Positions 30,171 through 41,030 are shown, counted from the stretch's first letter. The stretch: DNA of 64,000 bases from an uncultured Gammaproteobacteria bacterium (GCA_964490105.1 CAZAZU010000001.1:434361-498360); one strand, 5' to 3'. Translations and numbers: made by a program. The notes: generated by a model from the letters alone, not told the origin.

Positions 30171-31081
30171 TACTTAAAACTTCCTTTTCCAAAATTTCCT
30201 ATATAAAAATCTATTATTCCTTTTCTCTGCCAAGATCTTCCGATTAAAATTAACTTTATACTTTCCCTGAATAATGCAAACTTAGCACGCATTGATGCGT
30301 ATTCGAATCCAAAAATCATTCTATTTCTGGAAATATAATAATCCTGAAGTCCAGATCCCGATCCTCCGCTAGATTGAGCATTTTTATGCCATATTATCGA
30401 TTTTGGGGTAAATAATATCTTATAACCCTTTTTAATCGTTCTCATACTTAAGTCAGCATCTTCATAATATAGAAAATATTTATCATCATAACCTTTAATT
30501 TTTTCTAACAATTCTCTTTTAAGCATTAGACAGCATCCGCTCGCAATCTGAGTTTCTACTATTTGACTAAATTGACCATCATCCACTTCATCTACTCCTC
30601 TGTGAAATCCGATAACATTTGCCCAGTCCATATTCCCACCTGCATACCATATAACTCTGCCAAGCTCTGTTTCCTTATACTTTTTGTGATACTCAAAACC
30701 CTTAGCAAAATAAATTTTTGGAACTACTATTCCTGATTCTTTTTCGCTTTCTGCAACTTTTAAAAGTTCTTCTACGAAATTAGGATCCACATAAGTATCG
30801 TTATTTATCAAAAGCACATAATCTGCTCCGTTTTCCAAAGAATGTCTTATTCCCACATTATTTCCGCCAGAGAATCCAAGATTTTTGTTATTGTAAATAA
30901 CTTTAAGATTTAAATCTTTATAGTTTTTTTCATCAATTTTTATCTGATCCTCTGGATAATTATCTACAACAATAGTATTTAGAGAAAAATTATCTTTTCT
31001 AATTTTTTGAAGCGAACTTAAAAGCTCGAATGTGTCGTTGTGACCTCTGTAATTTAAGATCACAATAAAAACTTTTTTCAT
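30170..31081 (-). CDS. GT2 glycosyltransferase (WbbL-like)
   Basis: VILNY, NLGFSGGNN, LINND, YFLYYEDADLS, IWHK, RNR. Confidence 0.85.
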   Translation of the reverse strand: MKKVFIVILNYRGHNDTFELLSSLQKIRKDNFSLNTIVVDNYPEDQIKIDEKNYKDLNLKVIYNNKNLGFSGGNNVGIRHSLENGADYVLLINNDTYVDPNFVEELLKVAESEKESGIVVPKIYFAKGFEYHKKYKETELGRVIWYAGGNMDWANVIGFHRGVDEVDDGQFSQIVETQIASGCCLMLKRELLEKIKGYDDKYFLYYEDADLSMRTIKKGYKILFTPKSIIWHKNAQSSGGSGSGLQDYYISRNRMIFGFEYASMRAKFALFRESIKLILIGRSWQRKGIIDFYIGNFGKGSFK

Positions 31082-31986
31082 TAAATTTTGCCTTTTATTT
31101 TGTGGAAATATTTAGCAGCAATACTTTTTGATTCATCTGTCTTAATTTTTGAAAACCAATATCTTAAATCTTTACCAAATTTTCCGAGTTCTCCTTCAGT
31201 ACTTCTTAGAACTTCCTTTTCGTCAAATTTTTTAAATCCTTTTTTCTCCCAAACAATTGCCAGAACAATTAAGTGCGAAGAGGCCATTAAAAGCGAAAGA
31301 AATAATCCATGAATTCCATCCTTATAACCATGTCTTGCAAAATATCTACTTAAAAATTCTTTAGTTGGCGTACTAATTAAATCACCCGGAGTCAAAGCAT
31401 AATTTTTATTTATCAAATTATTTGCTTCATTTTGCGCATAATTTATCATATTTTTTTGAACAAACTGAATTATCGTTTCATAGTTATAATGAAGCATATG
31501 CTCTTTTAAGTAATCTGTTTCACCCTCTACCTGTATTCCCTCATGAACATGGCTATTTTTATATTCCCCTTTATTTTTTCTAAAAAGCCTTAGCTGGTGA
31601 TCTGGATACCAACCTGTGTATTCGATTTGTTTCCCAAAAATAATATTTTTTCTTGGAATAAAATATCCATTTTTTAAATTATTTTTTTTCAATAGTTCTT
31701 CAATCTCTCTCTGAAGTTCAGGAGTAACGATTTCATCTGCGTCAATTGACAGAGCCCAATCATTTTTAGCTTTTTTAAAACCTGCGTTTTTCTGAATATC
31801 AATTAGAAGAGGATCATTCGGTTGAGTTATTATGGATGTAGCATATTTTTTTGCAATATCAATTGTCTTGTCAGTAGATGAATTATTTATAACTATAATT
31901 TCATCGGCAAACATAACTGACTTAAGACAGTTTTCAATCTTATTTTCCTCATTAAATACTGAAATCACTACAGTTAGTTTTTGCAT
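31081..31986 (-). CDS. GT2 glycosyltransferase (KdtX/WaaE-like)
   Basis: FNEE, NNSSTD, QKN, IDADE, WYPDHQLRLFRK, VHE, GYKDG. Confidence 0.85.
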   Translation of the reverse strand: MQKLTVVISVFNEENKIENCLKSVMFADEIIVINNSSTDKTIDIAKKYATSIITQPNDPLLIDIQKNAGFKKAKNDWALSIDADEIVTPELQREIEELLKKNNLKNGYFIPRKNIIFGKQIEYTGWYPDHQLRLFRKNKGEYKNSHVHEGIQVEGETDYLKEHMLHYNYETIIQFVQKNMINYAQNEANNLINKNYALTPGDLISTPTKEFLSRYFARHGYKDGIHGLFLSLLMASSHLIVLAIVWEKKGFKKFDEKEVLRSTEGELGKFGKDLRYWFSKIKTDESKSIAAKYFHKIKGKI

Positions 31987-33428
31987 TAATGATAAAGATT
32001 TTTTATATCAGATATTATTTGTTTTCCTGATAATAAATAAATATTAGATATGTAAATTACCCCTCCTGAAATTATAACAAAGAAAAGAGTTAAAAGATTT
32101 TCAATTAATAAATCTGCAAGTATAAATGTACCTAATGCCATAATTATTGCAGCAATCGCGGGTTTGTAAACACTTTTAATAAAATTAAAATCTACTACTT
32201 TTTTAACCAGATAAATCGTAATGAATATTGTTAAAGTAACTACGAATGACGCAATAGCGACTCCATTAAAGCCCCAGAGATAAATAAATAGAGGTGTTAT
32301 GCTCCAGGTCATGAAAGTCCATAAAACCATTAGCTTTAATGTAGTTTTTACTCTGCCAGTTGCATCAAGCACATTTACAAGAACTGAGGACATCGAGGAA
32401 ACTATCGCATTAAGAGAGAAGAAAATAAGACTTAATAACGCTGGCTCCCATTTATTAGCCCACCCTGGAATATACATCATCATGTATGGTGAAACGATAA
32501 TTAGACCAACCAATAAAGGAAATAAGATAAGAGTTGTAAAAAAGAGTGACTTCTCAATTGCAGTTCTTAAAAAAACTTTATTGTCTTGAATTCTTGAGTA
32601 AGAAGAAAATGTAACTTTTGTAACACTATCAACAATATAACGGTAAACGAAAAATGCAATTCTTTGCGCAAATCCAATGTAACCAATTTGAGCGAAAGAT
32701 AAAAACTTAGTCAGGATTACTGTCAAGAAATCATCTTTAATTGTCGCAAGAATATTTTTTGCCTGGAACTGTACTCCAAATTTTAAATTACTAATTGAAG
32801 CTCTGTAAATCCCTACCTTTGGTTTCCATGGTGAAATTAGATAATAAAGAGGAATCCCGACAAGACTAGAAACAAGAAATGCCCATGAGTAACTATCAAC
32901 ACCGAATTTATTTAGAACGAGTGCGATAAGAATAATATTAAAAATTATTGATTCCCCAATCTGAGGAATTACAAGTTTTCCAAAATTAATATTTCTCTCA
33001 AGCAGAATTGAGGGAATCATCTTGAAGGATGAAAGAAAAATGGTAAAGACCAAAACTAATAGAAGTCTTCCGCCCTCATCATTAAGACCGAAGAATGATT
33101 TTATCTGTCCGATGAAGATTAAAAAAACGAGAAATATTCCAAAAGTTACTAAAAACTGAATTGTAAAAACTGTGGCAATATCTTCTTTTTTTAAATCTTC
33201 TTTTTTTTGAATTAATGCAGCTCCTAACCCAAAGTCTGTAATAAAACTTATTACTCGCTGAATTGCAACTACTGCAGTGTATATTCCCAGTTCTCTCGCA
33301 GATAAAATTACAGAGATCGTTAGGAAAGCTACAAAATTAATTAACTGAAGAATAAGGCTTCTACTTGCCAGCGCAAAAATTCCGTGAACGGTTTTCTGAG
33401 AAACTTTTTTTATATCCAGTTTGTCCAT
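31986..33428 (-). CDS. Oligosaccharide flippase, Wzx/MOP family (WzxC-like)
   Basis: About 12-14 TMs, DFGLGAALIQ motif, GYIGFA, KVTFSSYSR. Confidence 0.85.
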   Translation of the reverse strand: MDKLDIKKVSQKTVHGIFALASRSLILQLINFVAFLTISVILSARELGIYTAVVAIQRVISFITDFGLGAALIQKKEDLKKEDIATVFTIQFLVTFGIFLVFLIFIGQIKSFFGLNDEGGRLLLVLVFTIFLSSFKMIPSILLERNINFGKLVIPQIGESIIFNIILIALVLNKFGVDSYSWAFLVSSLVGIPLYYLISPWKPKVGIYRASISNLKFGVQFQAKNILATIKDDFLTVILTKFLSFAQIGYIGFAQRIAFFVYRYIVDSVTKVTFSSYSRIQDNKVFLRTAIEKSLFFTTLILFPLLVGLIIVSPYMMMYIPGWANKWEPALLSLIFFSLNAIVSSMSSVLVNVLDATGRVKTTLKLMVLWTFMTWSITPLFIYLWGFNGVAIASFVVTLTIFITIYLVKKVVDFNFIKSVYKPAIAAIIMALGTFILADLLIENLLTLFFVIISGGVIYISNIYLLSGKQIISDIKNLYH

Positions 33429-33434
33429 TATTTG

Positions 33435-34163
33435 TTAGGGTTTTTGCTGCCAGGGTTTTGTAGAAAAAAGTCTCCACATCACTTTTATATCTCCCCAGAT
33501 AGTTGATACAAGTCTAACGGTTGACCCAGGGTTATCAACCCAATGAACTGGCTCTTCAAATATTTTATATCCGCTTTTTTCTCCGATAATTAATAATTCT
33601 CCGTCAAAAAACCAATCATTATCTTTAACCTTTGGTATAAGATCCCTAACTATCTTTTTAGTTACTCCTTTAAATCCGCACTGTGCATCAGTAAAATGCG
33701 TTCTAAACCAAAATTGAATAAAAAAGAAATTAAGAGTTCTTGACGTAATCTCTCTAAGCATTGTTCTTCCCTCCACTTTAGCGCCTTTTGCAAGCCGTGA
33801 GCCAATCGCTATGTCATATCCATTCTCAAGGGCTTTAAGGATGTTTGGAAGGTGCTTTAGATCAGTTGAAAGATCAAGATCCATGTACACACAATAGTCA
33901 GCTTCTGAACTACTCCATGCCCTCTTAACGGCCCTTCCTCTACCTTTCTCTTCTAGTCTAAAGAGTTGGATTCTTGGATTATTTTTAGATAAATTAGCAG
34001 CAATTATAGGCGTGTTATCGCTCGATGCATTATCAGCTATGGTTATTTTCCAATCGTACCCATTAAGGTTTTTGGAGCAATAATCCGCAAGCTTTTTTAC
34101 ATTTACTTCAAGCTCTTTTTCCTCATTATAAACCGGGATTGTAATTTCTACTGTAGGTTTCAT
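33435..34163 (-). CDS. GT2, dolichyl-phosphate glucosyltransferase-like (polyprenol-phosphate sugar synthase)
   Basis: IPVYNEE, ADNASSD, KGRGRA, YMDLDLST, IAIGSR, DAQCGFK, WFFDGE. Confidence 0.88.
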   Translation of the reverse strand: MKPTVEITIPVYNEEKELEVNVKKLADYCSKNLNGYDWKITIADNASSDNTPIIAANLSKNNPRIQLFRLEEKGRGRAVKRAWSSSEADYCVYMDLDLSTDLKHLPNILKALENGYDIAIGSRLAKGAKVEGRTMLREITSRTLNFFFIQFWFRTHFTDAQCGFKGVTKKIVRDLIPKVKDNDWFFDGELLIIGEKSGYKIFEEPVHWVDNPGSTVRLVSTIWGDIKVMWRLFSTKPWQQKP

Positions 34164-35818
34164 TTTTGGTTACGCTTGGCATAAATTATACCAGCTACGA
34201 GGATTAAAACACCAGACAGAGTTAGCAAATTAGCTAATTTTTGAATCATAGTTTCTTCAAATTTACCTACTAATTCACTCTCCCCCTTTGGAACCTTAAC
34301 TATCACTCCTGTTTTAGATTCTAATGCTTCTACGCTTTCTCCATTAACATAATATTTCCATGACGGGAAATATGGAATGTGAATAGTCAATTCGTTTTCG
34401 ACATTTGATTTTATCTGAGCTGAAATCCTGTTTGTCTTGGTATTAAGATCCAAAACCTCAATATTTTCTCCGGTAATTTTTTCTTTAATTATTTCCTCAG
34501 GACTAACTGGCCTTAAAAATGATTTAGGCAAATACTCATCAGAAATTTTTGACGTGGTCCAATTTAAAGAATGTTTATTTGTATATTCTTCTGAGGTTTT
34601 TGTTAAATAACTTTGCGGAACAAATAATTTGGAGTATAAAATTATTGGCGACACAATGATCGAAACATAGACAAAAAGAAATAACAAATTATATTTTTTT
34701 AAATTTATTTTTGATAATGCATATACTACAGAACCTGCAAGAAATGATGAAAAGAAAGAGGCAGCTAAAAGAAACCTCCATGGGTATTGAAAATAATCCA
34801 TGTATGGAATTTTCCAAATTAAACTTGACTGACTCACCATTAAGAACATTACGCCCGTCAAGCAAATACCCACAATAAATATCACTATTGATTTAATTTT
34901 TTCTTTTTTGAATAAATAGACTCCTGCGATTATTGAGAATAGGGAAAATAAAATATGCAGCTTTCCAAGCCTAAAAGACAAACCATCAACGCAACCAGGA
35001 ATAGAGCCTCCAAACATCCAAGGACTATCCCAGAATTGCCTGACACAAACAAAATGATCCGCGTAATGCGCTTTTCCCCCAATTGTTGAAAGGACATTTG
35101 TATAGTTCATTTCAAGAAGTGTTGGGAGAAAATAAAATGACGCAATCAAGATACCAAGTACTGGAATTCCCAAAATGAGTACTCTTCTTTTTAATGTAAA
35201 CAAAATAAGTGCAGCTAATATTATGAACGGACTAATCATCATTGCAGTCAAATTATGAGATGCAATTATCCCAGTGTAAGATAAACTCCCAAGAATTATA
35301 AATAAGAAATTATTTGATTTGTAATACTTCCATAAAGAATAAAAAACTAAAGGAATAAAAAAATATGCATAAACTTCCCCTATGTCTCCCCTGACATAAA
35401 TATCTAGCGCATGGTATGGCGCATAAACATAAAAAGCGGCAGCAACTAATCCTCCGATCTTTCCCCAGAATTCTTTTGCCAATAAATACATAGCAAAAGC
35501 AGATCCAATTACTGCGACTGCAATCATTATTTTTGTAGCCGTTAATGCATCAAATCCTAAAAAATTAAAAAATGCGCCTATATAGTACGGTATCGGACCA
35601 TAAAAATTAAAAATAGGATATCCATATCCATAACCCAAATCAGGAACCCATCTCACTGGAAACATTCCATCAGTTAGTGCAACTTTCATCTCATGAACTC
35701 TCTGGATTTGAGTGTCGTCGTGAATATTAAAAAAACCAGATTTAAAAAGTGGAAGAACAGTTATAATACTTAGCATTAAAACAGTTAAGGCGGTTATTTT
35801 CTTTTTTAAAATTTCCAT
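34160..35818 (-). CDS. PTPS-related/YfhO-like GT-C membrane protein
   Basis: IHDD, FPVRW.PDLGYGYGYPIFNFY, DIYVRGDIGE, QYPWRF, DEYLP, YFPSW. Confidence 0.78.
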   Translation of the reverse strand: MEILKKKITALTVLMLSIITVLPLFKSGFFNIHDDTQIQRVHEMKVALTDGMFPVRWVPDLGYGYGYPIFNFYGPIPYYIGAFFNFLGFDALTATKIMIAVAVIGSAFAMYLLAKEFWGKIGGLVAAAFYVYAPYHALDIYVRGDIGEVYAYFFIPLVFYSLWKYYKSNNFLFIILGSLSYTGIIASHNLTAMMISPFIILAALILFTLKRRVLILGIPVLGILIASFYFLPTLLEMNYTNVLSTIGGKAHYADHFVCVRQFWDSPWMFGGSIPGCVDGLSFRLGKLHILFSLFSIIAGVYLFKKEKIKSIVIFIVGICLTGVMFLMVSQSSLIWKIPYMDYFQYPWRFLLAASFFSSFLAGSVVYALSKINLKKYNLLFLFVYVSIIVSPIILYSKLFVPQSYLTKTSEEYTNKHSLNWTTSKISDEYLPKSFLRPVSPEEIIKEKITGENIEVLDLNTKTNRISAQIKSNVENELTIHIPYFPSWKYYVNGESVEALESKTGVIVKVPKGESELVGKFEETMIQKLANLLTLSGVLILVAGIIYAKRNQK

Positions 35819-37446
35819 AATTTCTTAGCTCCTAATATTAATAGCGCAAATAAACTTACAACTGAAATTACATTACTTAGCATTCTAGTTGACGTCTCAC
35901 TAAATGATGCAGCAACAGTGTGATCTCCCGCAGGCAGTTCTAAATCCATAACTCCTCTAGTATTATTATAGTTTATTTTTTTTAGAGTGCCATTTACGCT
36001 AACTTTCCATCCAGGATAATATATTGTATTCATTCTAACAATTCCTTCCTGATTCAATTTAACTGCAAAAGTAATATTTTTGGAATTGAAAGAAATATTT
36101 TCTATGTATCCCGATCCTTTAATAATTTCAATTTTTTCTTTTGATCTTTCGAATGGAAATTCCTTAACCCAAAGCGGCATCAGTTCCTTCGAAGAAGTAG
36201 TAGTAGCATCATTTGTAAAATAAAATCCTTCTCCTCTATTTACATATTCTGATGGTTTTGAAAAAGGAATATAGAGAGCAAGAGCCATTAAAACTATTGC
36301 AAAAGATAAAATTTTAAAAAACCTAAAATTTGACAGACATCCCGCAAGCAGGGAAATAATTAAACCAATCTGAGATAAAACCACCCAAGGATAATTTATT
36401 TCTGAAAGAAGAGGAAGCTTCCAGACAAATTTCGATTCTTTAACAAGCAGAAATGTGAATATAAAAAATCCTAAAAATAAAACAATTACTAATGTTTCAT
36501 TTGATGTTCTTTTTAGTAAGTTTATTTTTCGTAGTAATAATGTTATGGAAATTAAACCCAATACAATAAGAAATGGCCAGCCAATTTGATATGTAAAAGG
36601 GCTGATTGGATCAGTCGGAGTTCCGTAACCCCATGGTGAATTTAAAAGTTGTTTTAAATTTACATAATATAAATTTCTATCAGCAATCGGGGTTTCTGAC
36701 AAAAGTATATTCGCCTTTTCTAAAAGCGCAGGTATCCAAAAAAATGCAGAAAGACCAAGACCTGAAATTAAAACAAAGAGATAATTTTTTAGAAGACTGA
36801 GATCATTCTTTTTAAAATTTCCGAGAAAAAATAATCCTAAAGTCAGCGTAAACAATATCGCCATAATATTATGAGAAGTAATTAAGATAGCGTAAGAAAA
36901 AGCTCCAACTAATTTAAATAAAATAGAATCTGGTTTTTTAATTAATGATGCAAAGGAATAAAGTACAATTGGAAAAAGCATAAATGCAAAACTTTCTCCA
37001 ATTGACCCTCTTACAAATAAATCAACTAGTCTGTACGGGAAATATAAATATAGAACAGAACTTATTATTCCCGCCCAATTATTTTCCCAAATCTTTCTGG
37101 AAGCCAAAAACATGAAAAAAGCAGATGTCGGGATTGTAATTGCAAACATTAATTTAACGGTATCCACAAATCCAATTCCCAACATGTGAATCGCAACTCC
37201 TAAATAGTACGGAAATGGATATGTAAAATTAAATAATGGATAACCATAACCGAAGTTCAAATTTCCACTATACCTTGCTGGTATCTGCATGTCCCGAAGC
37301 GTTCTGAACATATCTGAGAGTCTTACGACTGCCCACTCGCCATCATGGGTGGGAAAATATCCTGAGTGAATGTAAGGAATAAGAAGAGGGATAGAAATTA
37401 ATAAGGAAAAGATAAAAACTGGAAGATAAAATTTTACAAATCTCAC
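35806..37446 (-). CDS. PTPS-related/YfhO-like GT-C membrane protein
   Basis: THDGEW, GYGYPLFNF, DLFVRGSIGE, NYPW, YYPGW...LPAGDH; GTG start. Confidence 0.78.
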   Translation of the reverse strand: MRFVKFYLPVFIFSLLISIPLLIPYIHSGYFPTHDGEWAVVRLSDMFRTLRDMQIPARYSGNLNFGYGYPLFNFTYPFPYYLGVAIHMLGIGFVDTVKLMFAITIPTSAFFMFLASRKIWENNWAGIISSVLYLYFPYRLVDLFVRGSIGESFAFMLFPIVLYSFASLIKKPDSILFKLVGAFSYAILITSHNIMAILFTLTLGLFFLGNFKKNDLSLLKNYLFVLISGLGLSAFFWIPALLEKANILLSETPIADRNLYYVNLKQLLNSPWGYGTPTDPISPFTYQIGWPFLIVLGLISITLLLRKINLLKRTSNETLVIVLFLGFFIFTFLLVKESKFVWKLPLLSEINYPWVVLSQIGLIISLLAGCLSNFRFFKILSFAIVLMALALYIPFSKPSEYVNRGEGFYFTNDATTTSSKELMPLWVKEFPFERSKEKIEIIKGSGYIENISFNSKNITFAVKLNQEGIVRMNTIYYPGWKVSVNGTLKKINYNNTRGVMDLELPAGDHTVAASFSETSTRMLSNVISVVSLFALLILGAKKLWKF

Positions 37447-37448
37447 GA

Positions 37449-38990
37449 TTATTTTTGTTCAACTGAATAAACTGTGTAATATACACGATCATTCTTTTTA
37501 AACTCAGATATTTTTTTAAGCGGCCAGTCATCTGGCGCATCTCCTGCATACTCGCATGCGATGCAAGGCTGATAGAAGATAAAATATGTAGGCATTTTTT
37601 TTGCTGACTCTAAAACCTCAGCAGGTATTTCTTCAATAGGCCAATAACCTTTTATTATTACATTTGGATTATTTGCTAAATAAATTTCTAAAGCATATGG
37701 CATCAGACCGAAAGTTCCTTCTGTCCCTATAAATATTTTTTCATCTTTAGATTTATCTTCAAAAAACTTAACACTTTCCTTTACTCCGCCCCCCGCTGGC
37801 CAATCGCTAATATACTGCGCATTATCTGCACTAGCTATTGCTGCCTTAGAAGGATTGAATATAAAATCCATTGATACTTTTGCAGGGTAAAGTGTGAATA
37901 AAATGATTGCCAAAGCAGAAACCGCATAATAACTATTTAATTTTCTTTTACTTAAGTAATTATTTAGTAAATCAATAATTTGAGTAAGACCTACCGCTGC
38001 TAAAGGTAAAAGATAAAGACTCATGAAAAATATAAATCTAGGAAAAATTACTCTACCAAATAAAGCGAGAGCTATTAAAGGGAGCGCAAAGTAAGCTATG
38101 AGTAAAAGTTTTTCTTTTATAAATTTTTTGGATAAAAGCGAAACCAAAATTAAAATTAAATAAAATGGTGTGAGATAAGTAAAAAGCCATGTTAAAAGTC
38201 CTCTTAAATTTCCCAAAAATAAATTTATATTATCCATAATTGGAATACTGAATGGGTAATAAACAAAAATAGTATTTTTCTCTTTTATGATATGGAAAAA
38301 TGGAGAGAGTCTTAAGCTGTTATATAAAACCTCAGCAATTCCAATTGCTACAACCGCAAATAATCCCAACACAAATAATTTTTTTAATATTTTTTTCTGT
38401 TTAAAATTAAAAAGAATTAGCGTTAAGGGGAGAAGAATAATACTAAAGTTAGCGCTTGTCTTAGTGAGCATTCCTGCACCAAGTATAGCTCCTAAAATTA
38501 GGGCCACATCAAGCCTTAGTTTTCTGACTAAAAGAATTGAAAAATAAATTGCATAAATTGCGAAAGCCCCTACCAAACTGTCATAAAGAGCCAGGCGATC
38601 ATAAACTACTGCAAATGGATATGCCACATAAAGGATTGATGAGACAAATGCAGCTCTTTTGCTTTTAAATAATTCGTAGGTAAGTAACCATAATCCAATT
38701 AGAGAAAATAATCCGGCAACAACTGAAACAAGCCTCACAGCTACGATTGGGTCTTCAATAAGTCTTAAAAATATCATTCCAAACCAAATTAACATGGGTT
38801 GTTTTCCGTCAGTTAAAGAAATGAATCGCCAATTTGCATCTTGTGAAGCAATTTGTGCCCATCTTATGTAGAGAGCCTCATCTGTAAAAATTGGAAAGTT
38901 TCCAAGAATAATTAATCTTGAAACTAGAAAAGATATAAGAATTAGAAAACCTAAAAGAATTTCTTTTTTAAATTTTATAACTAAATTCAT
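37449..38990 (-). CDS. ArnT/PMT_2-family GT-C glycosyltransferase
   Basis: PIFTDEALY, DGKQP, RLVS, YDRLALYD, LTK, FPRF. Confidence 0.82.
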   Translation of the reverse strand: MNLVIKFKKEILLGFLILISFLVSRLIILGNFPIFTDEALYIRWAQIASQDANWRFISLTDGKQPMLIWFGMIFLRLIEDPIVAVRLVSVVAGLFSLIGLWLLTYELFKSKRAAFVSSILYVAYPFAVVYDRLALYDSLVGAFAIYAIYFSILLVRKLRLDVALILGAILGAGMLTKTSANFSIILLPLTLILFNFKQKKILKKLFVLGLFAVVAIGIAEVLYNSLRLSPFFHIIKEKNTIFVYYPFSIPIMDNINLFLGNLRGLLTWLFTYLTPFYLILILVSLLSKKFIKEKLLLIAYFALPLIALALFGRVIFPRFIFFMSLYLLPLAAVGLTQIIDLLNNYLSKRKLNSYYAVSALAIILFTLYPAKVSMDFIFNPSKAAIASADNAQYISDWPAGGGVKESVKFFEDKSKDEKIFIGTEGTFGLMPYALEIYLANNPNVIIKGYWPIEEIPAEVLESAKKMPTYFIFYQPCIACEYAGDAPDDWPLKKISEFKKNDRVYYTVYSVEQK

Positions 38991-39014
38991 CTGTGTAAAT
39001 TATACTAGAAACCG

Positions 39015-40190
39015 CTATTCTTGTGCACCGATAGATTTAGGGAGCTTACCATAAACATAAACAAAAGCTATAAAAACTAACGGCGTTATAATAGTTAATG
39101 CGTTTCTAATTGGAACTCCGATTCCGTCCCAATTTCCAAAATAAAGTAGGACTGTATATCGAAACAATAATCCCAAAGACAAACCAATCGATAGGCTCAA
39201 AACATATTTATTTGGCTTAAGTAGTGCTACGAATGGAAGAACCCATATGAAATACCAGGGCTGAATTTCTATTTTAGATAGCGCATAACCTGATGCAATA
39301 AGCATAGAAATAATAGAAAGAATTATAAATTTATTATTATCTAGCTTCTCCTTAAAAGGAATAAAGCTTACGATTAAAGGCATCAATAATCCAATTGTAG
39401 GAATTTTTACCTGTGAAGAAATTATTACCAAAATAATTGCGAAGATTCTTTTTCTTAAAAAGTATAAATAAATTCCTGATAAAGCGAAAAAAACCATAAC
39501 AATGTCATGATGAGATGAAACTAGACTTTCAATGATTATCAGCGGGTTAAGTGCAAAAAATGTTGTGTTAAAAATAGCATGATCTGGATTTATTTTTTTA
39601 TTTATTTTGTAAATTAAAAATACCGATGCTAAGTAAAATCCTGTAATTAAAAACTTGAAAAGAAAAAAAGTTAGAAGAAAGATATTCATTCCAATAAATG
39701 AAACTGGAATCGTTAATCCTAGCCAAACAGGTCCATACGGATAGACTCTGTGCGTCCACCGCATAAAAGAAAGCATTGGATCCTCAGGATAGTCCATTGC
39801 TCGGTGAAAATATGGATTTTCGTGATAGAAAGTTACAATTTTTGCGTCGAAAATATAATTAAATAAATCATAAGAAAATGCATTATATGAAAATGAAAGA
39901 ATCGCAGCAGTAGAAACTATCAAAACAATCAAGTCTTTTATCTTTAAATCGTTTCTAATTGCTTTTCTTAAAAACCATACGTAGTAAGCAAACATTAAAA
40001 TTAATATTGAAATGAATAGAATCGTAGAAAGCGGCCGATTAAAATAACCTATATATTGAAAATTCTTTTGGATTGACTGCCAGATTGAAGCTTGAGAGAG
40101 CGTTAGGCTCAAGTCAATTTGAGTAAAGGAATAAAAAAAGAGCAGAACAATTACTAAAAAAAAGGAATATTTTCTGATCACCTCGATCAT
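39015..40190 (-). CDS. GT87/MptA-like glycosyltransferase (paralog of 3517..4659)
   Basis: FSYDLFNY, NPY, YPYGP, LNPL...SHHD, QPWY. Confidence 0.7.
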   Translation of the reverse strand: MIEVIRKYSFFLVIVLLFFYSFTQIDLSLTLSQASIWQSIQKNFQYIGYFNRPLSTILFISILILMFAYYVWFLRKAIRNDLKIKDLIVLIVSTAAILSFSYNAFSYDLFNYIFDAKIVTFYHENPYFHRAMDYPEDPMLSFMRWTHRVYPYGPVWLGLTIPVSFIGMNIFLLTFFLFKFLITGFYLASVFLIYKINKKINPDHAIFNTTFFALNPLIIIESLVSSHHDIVMVFFALSGIYLYFLRKRIFAIILVIISSQVKIPTIGLLMPLIVSFIPFKEKLDNNKFIILSIISMLIASGYALSKIEIQPWYFIWVLPFVALLKPNKYVLSLSIGLSLGLLFRYTVLLYFGNWDGIGVPIRNALTIITPLVFIAFVYVYGKLPKSIGAQE

Positions 40191-40945
40191 AGATTATATT
40201 TTCCTGAAAATTTATTTAATGTAATTTTTCCTAAATCAAAAATGCCATTTATAGAGTCTTTAATAGGACTTACTCTTCGAGACTCTACATAAAGCCATTC
40301 TACTGGAACTTCTTTAATCCTATACCCCATTTTATTTGCAAGGAATAAAAGCTCAACGTCAAAACCGGCTGTAACGTTTGATCCATGAATCTCTGAAAAG
40401 CCATTATGGAGCGTATTTATTTTCTTAAATAGCCTATCTGCAGCTTCTTCGGTAAACATTTTAAACCCACATTGAGTATCTTGAATCTCATAAATTCCCA
40501 CCATAGCTTTTCTAAGAATTATCATACTTCTAGACATCACACGCCTGGAAAAAGGCGAACCTTTTCTACTTCTGCTTCTAGAGCCGATCACAACATCATA
40601 GTTCTTTTCAAAAAAAGGCAAAAGCTTTTCTGCCTCCTCAATTGGCGTTGCCTGATCCATATCAGTAAAAAGACGAATTTCTCCTCTAGCCTCTAACATT
40701 CCTTTTGTAACAGCACCTTCTTTTCCGGAATGTGACCCTTTTATCAATCTAAAATTTTTGTTTTCTTTGGCATATCTCTCGGAAAATTCTGAAGATCCAT
40801 CGTCTGAACCATCATCAACAATAATTACTTCATATGTATATTTTTGACGAGTTAAATAATGATCTATTTTATCCAGTACACCTTTTCGAAGATTGGGCAT
40901 TTCATTATATGAGGGGATAACAACGGAGAGATAAACTTTATTCAC
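40187..40945 (-). CDS. GT2, dolichyl-phosphate glucosyltransferase-like
   Basis: IPSYNE, VDDGSDD, FTDMDQATP, VIGSR, DTQCGFK, FDVE; GTG start. Confidence 0.88.
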   Translation of the reverse strand: MNKVYLSVVIPSYNEMPNLRKGVLDKIDHYLTRQKYTYEVIIVDDGSDDGSSEFSERYAKENKNFRLIKGSHSGKEGAVTKGMLEARGEIRLFTDMDQATPIEEAEKLLPFFEKNYDVVIGSRSRSRKGSPFSRRVMSRSMIILRKAMVGIYEIQDTQCGFKMFTEEAADRLFKKINTLHNGFSEIHGSNVTAGFDVELLFLANKMGYRIKEVPVEWLYVESRRVSPIKDSINGIFDLGKITLNKFSGKYNL

Positions 40946-41030
40946 TCACTGATTATACGAAAAAAAACGCTCTCAAACAAATCCCTAAAACTGGAAGTTA
41001 TGCGTAATTTAAGGTAAAATATAGCCACTA

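Noticed and set aside
52-37446. Literal tetrahydropterin or queuosine function for the PTPS-related proteins
   Set aside because: The family name is historical; these are multi-TM proteins with no T-fold PTPS motifs and sit among glycosyltransferases
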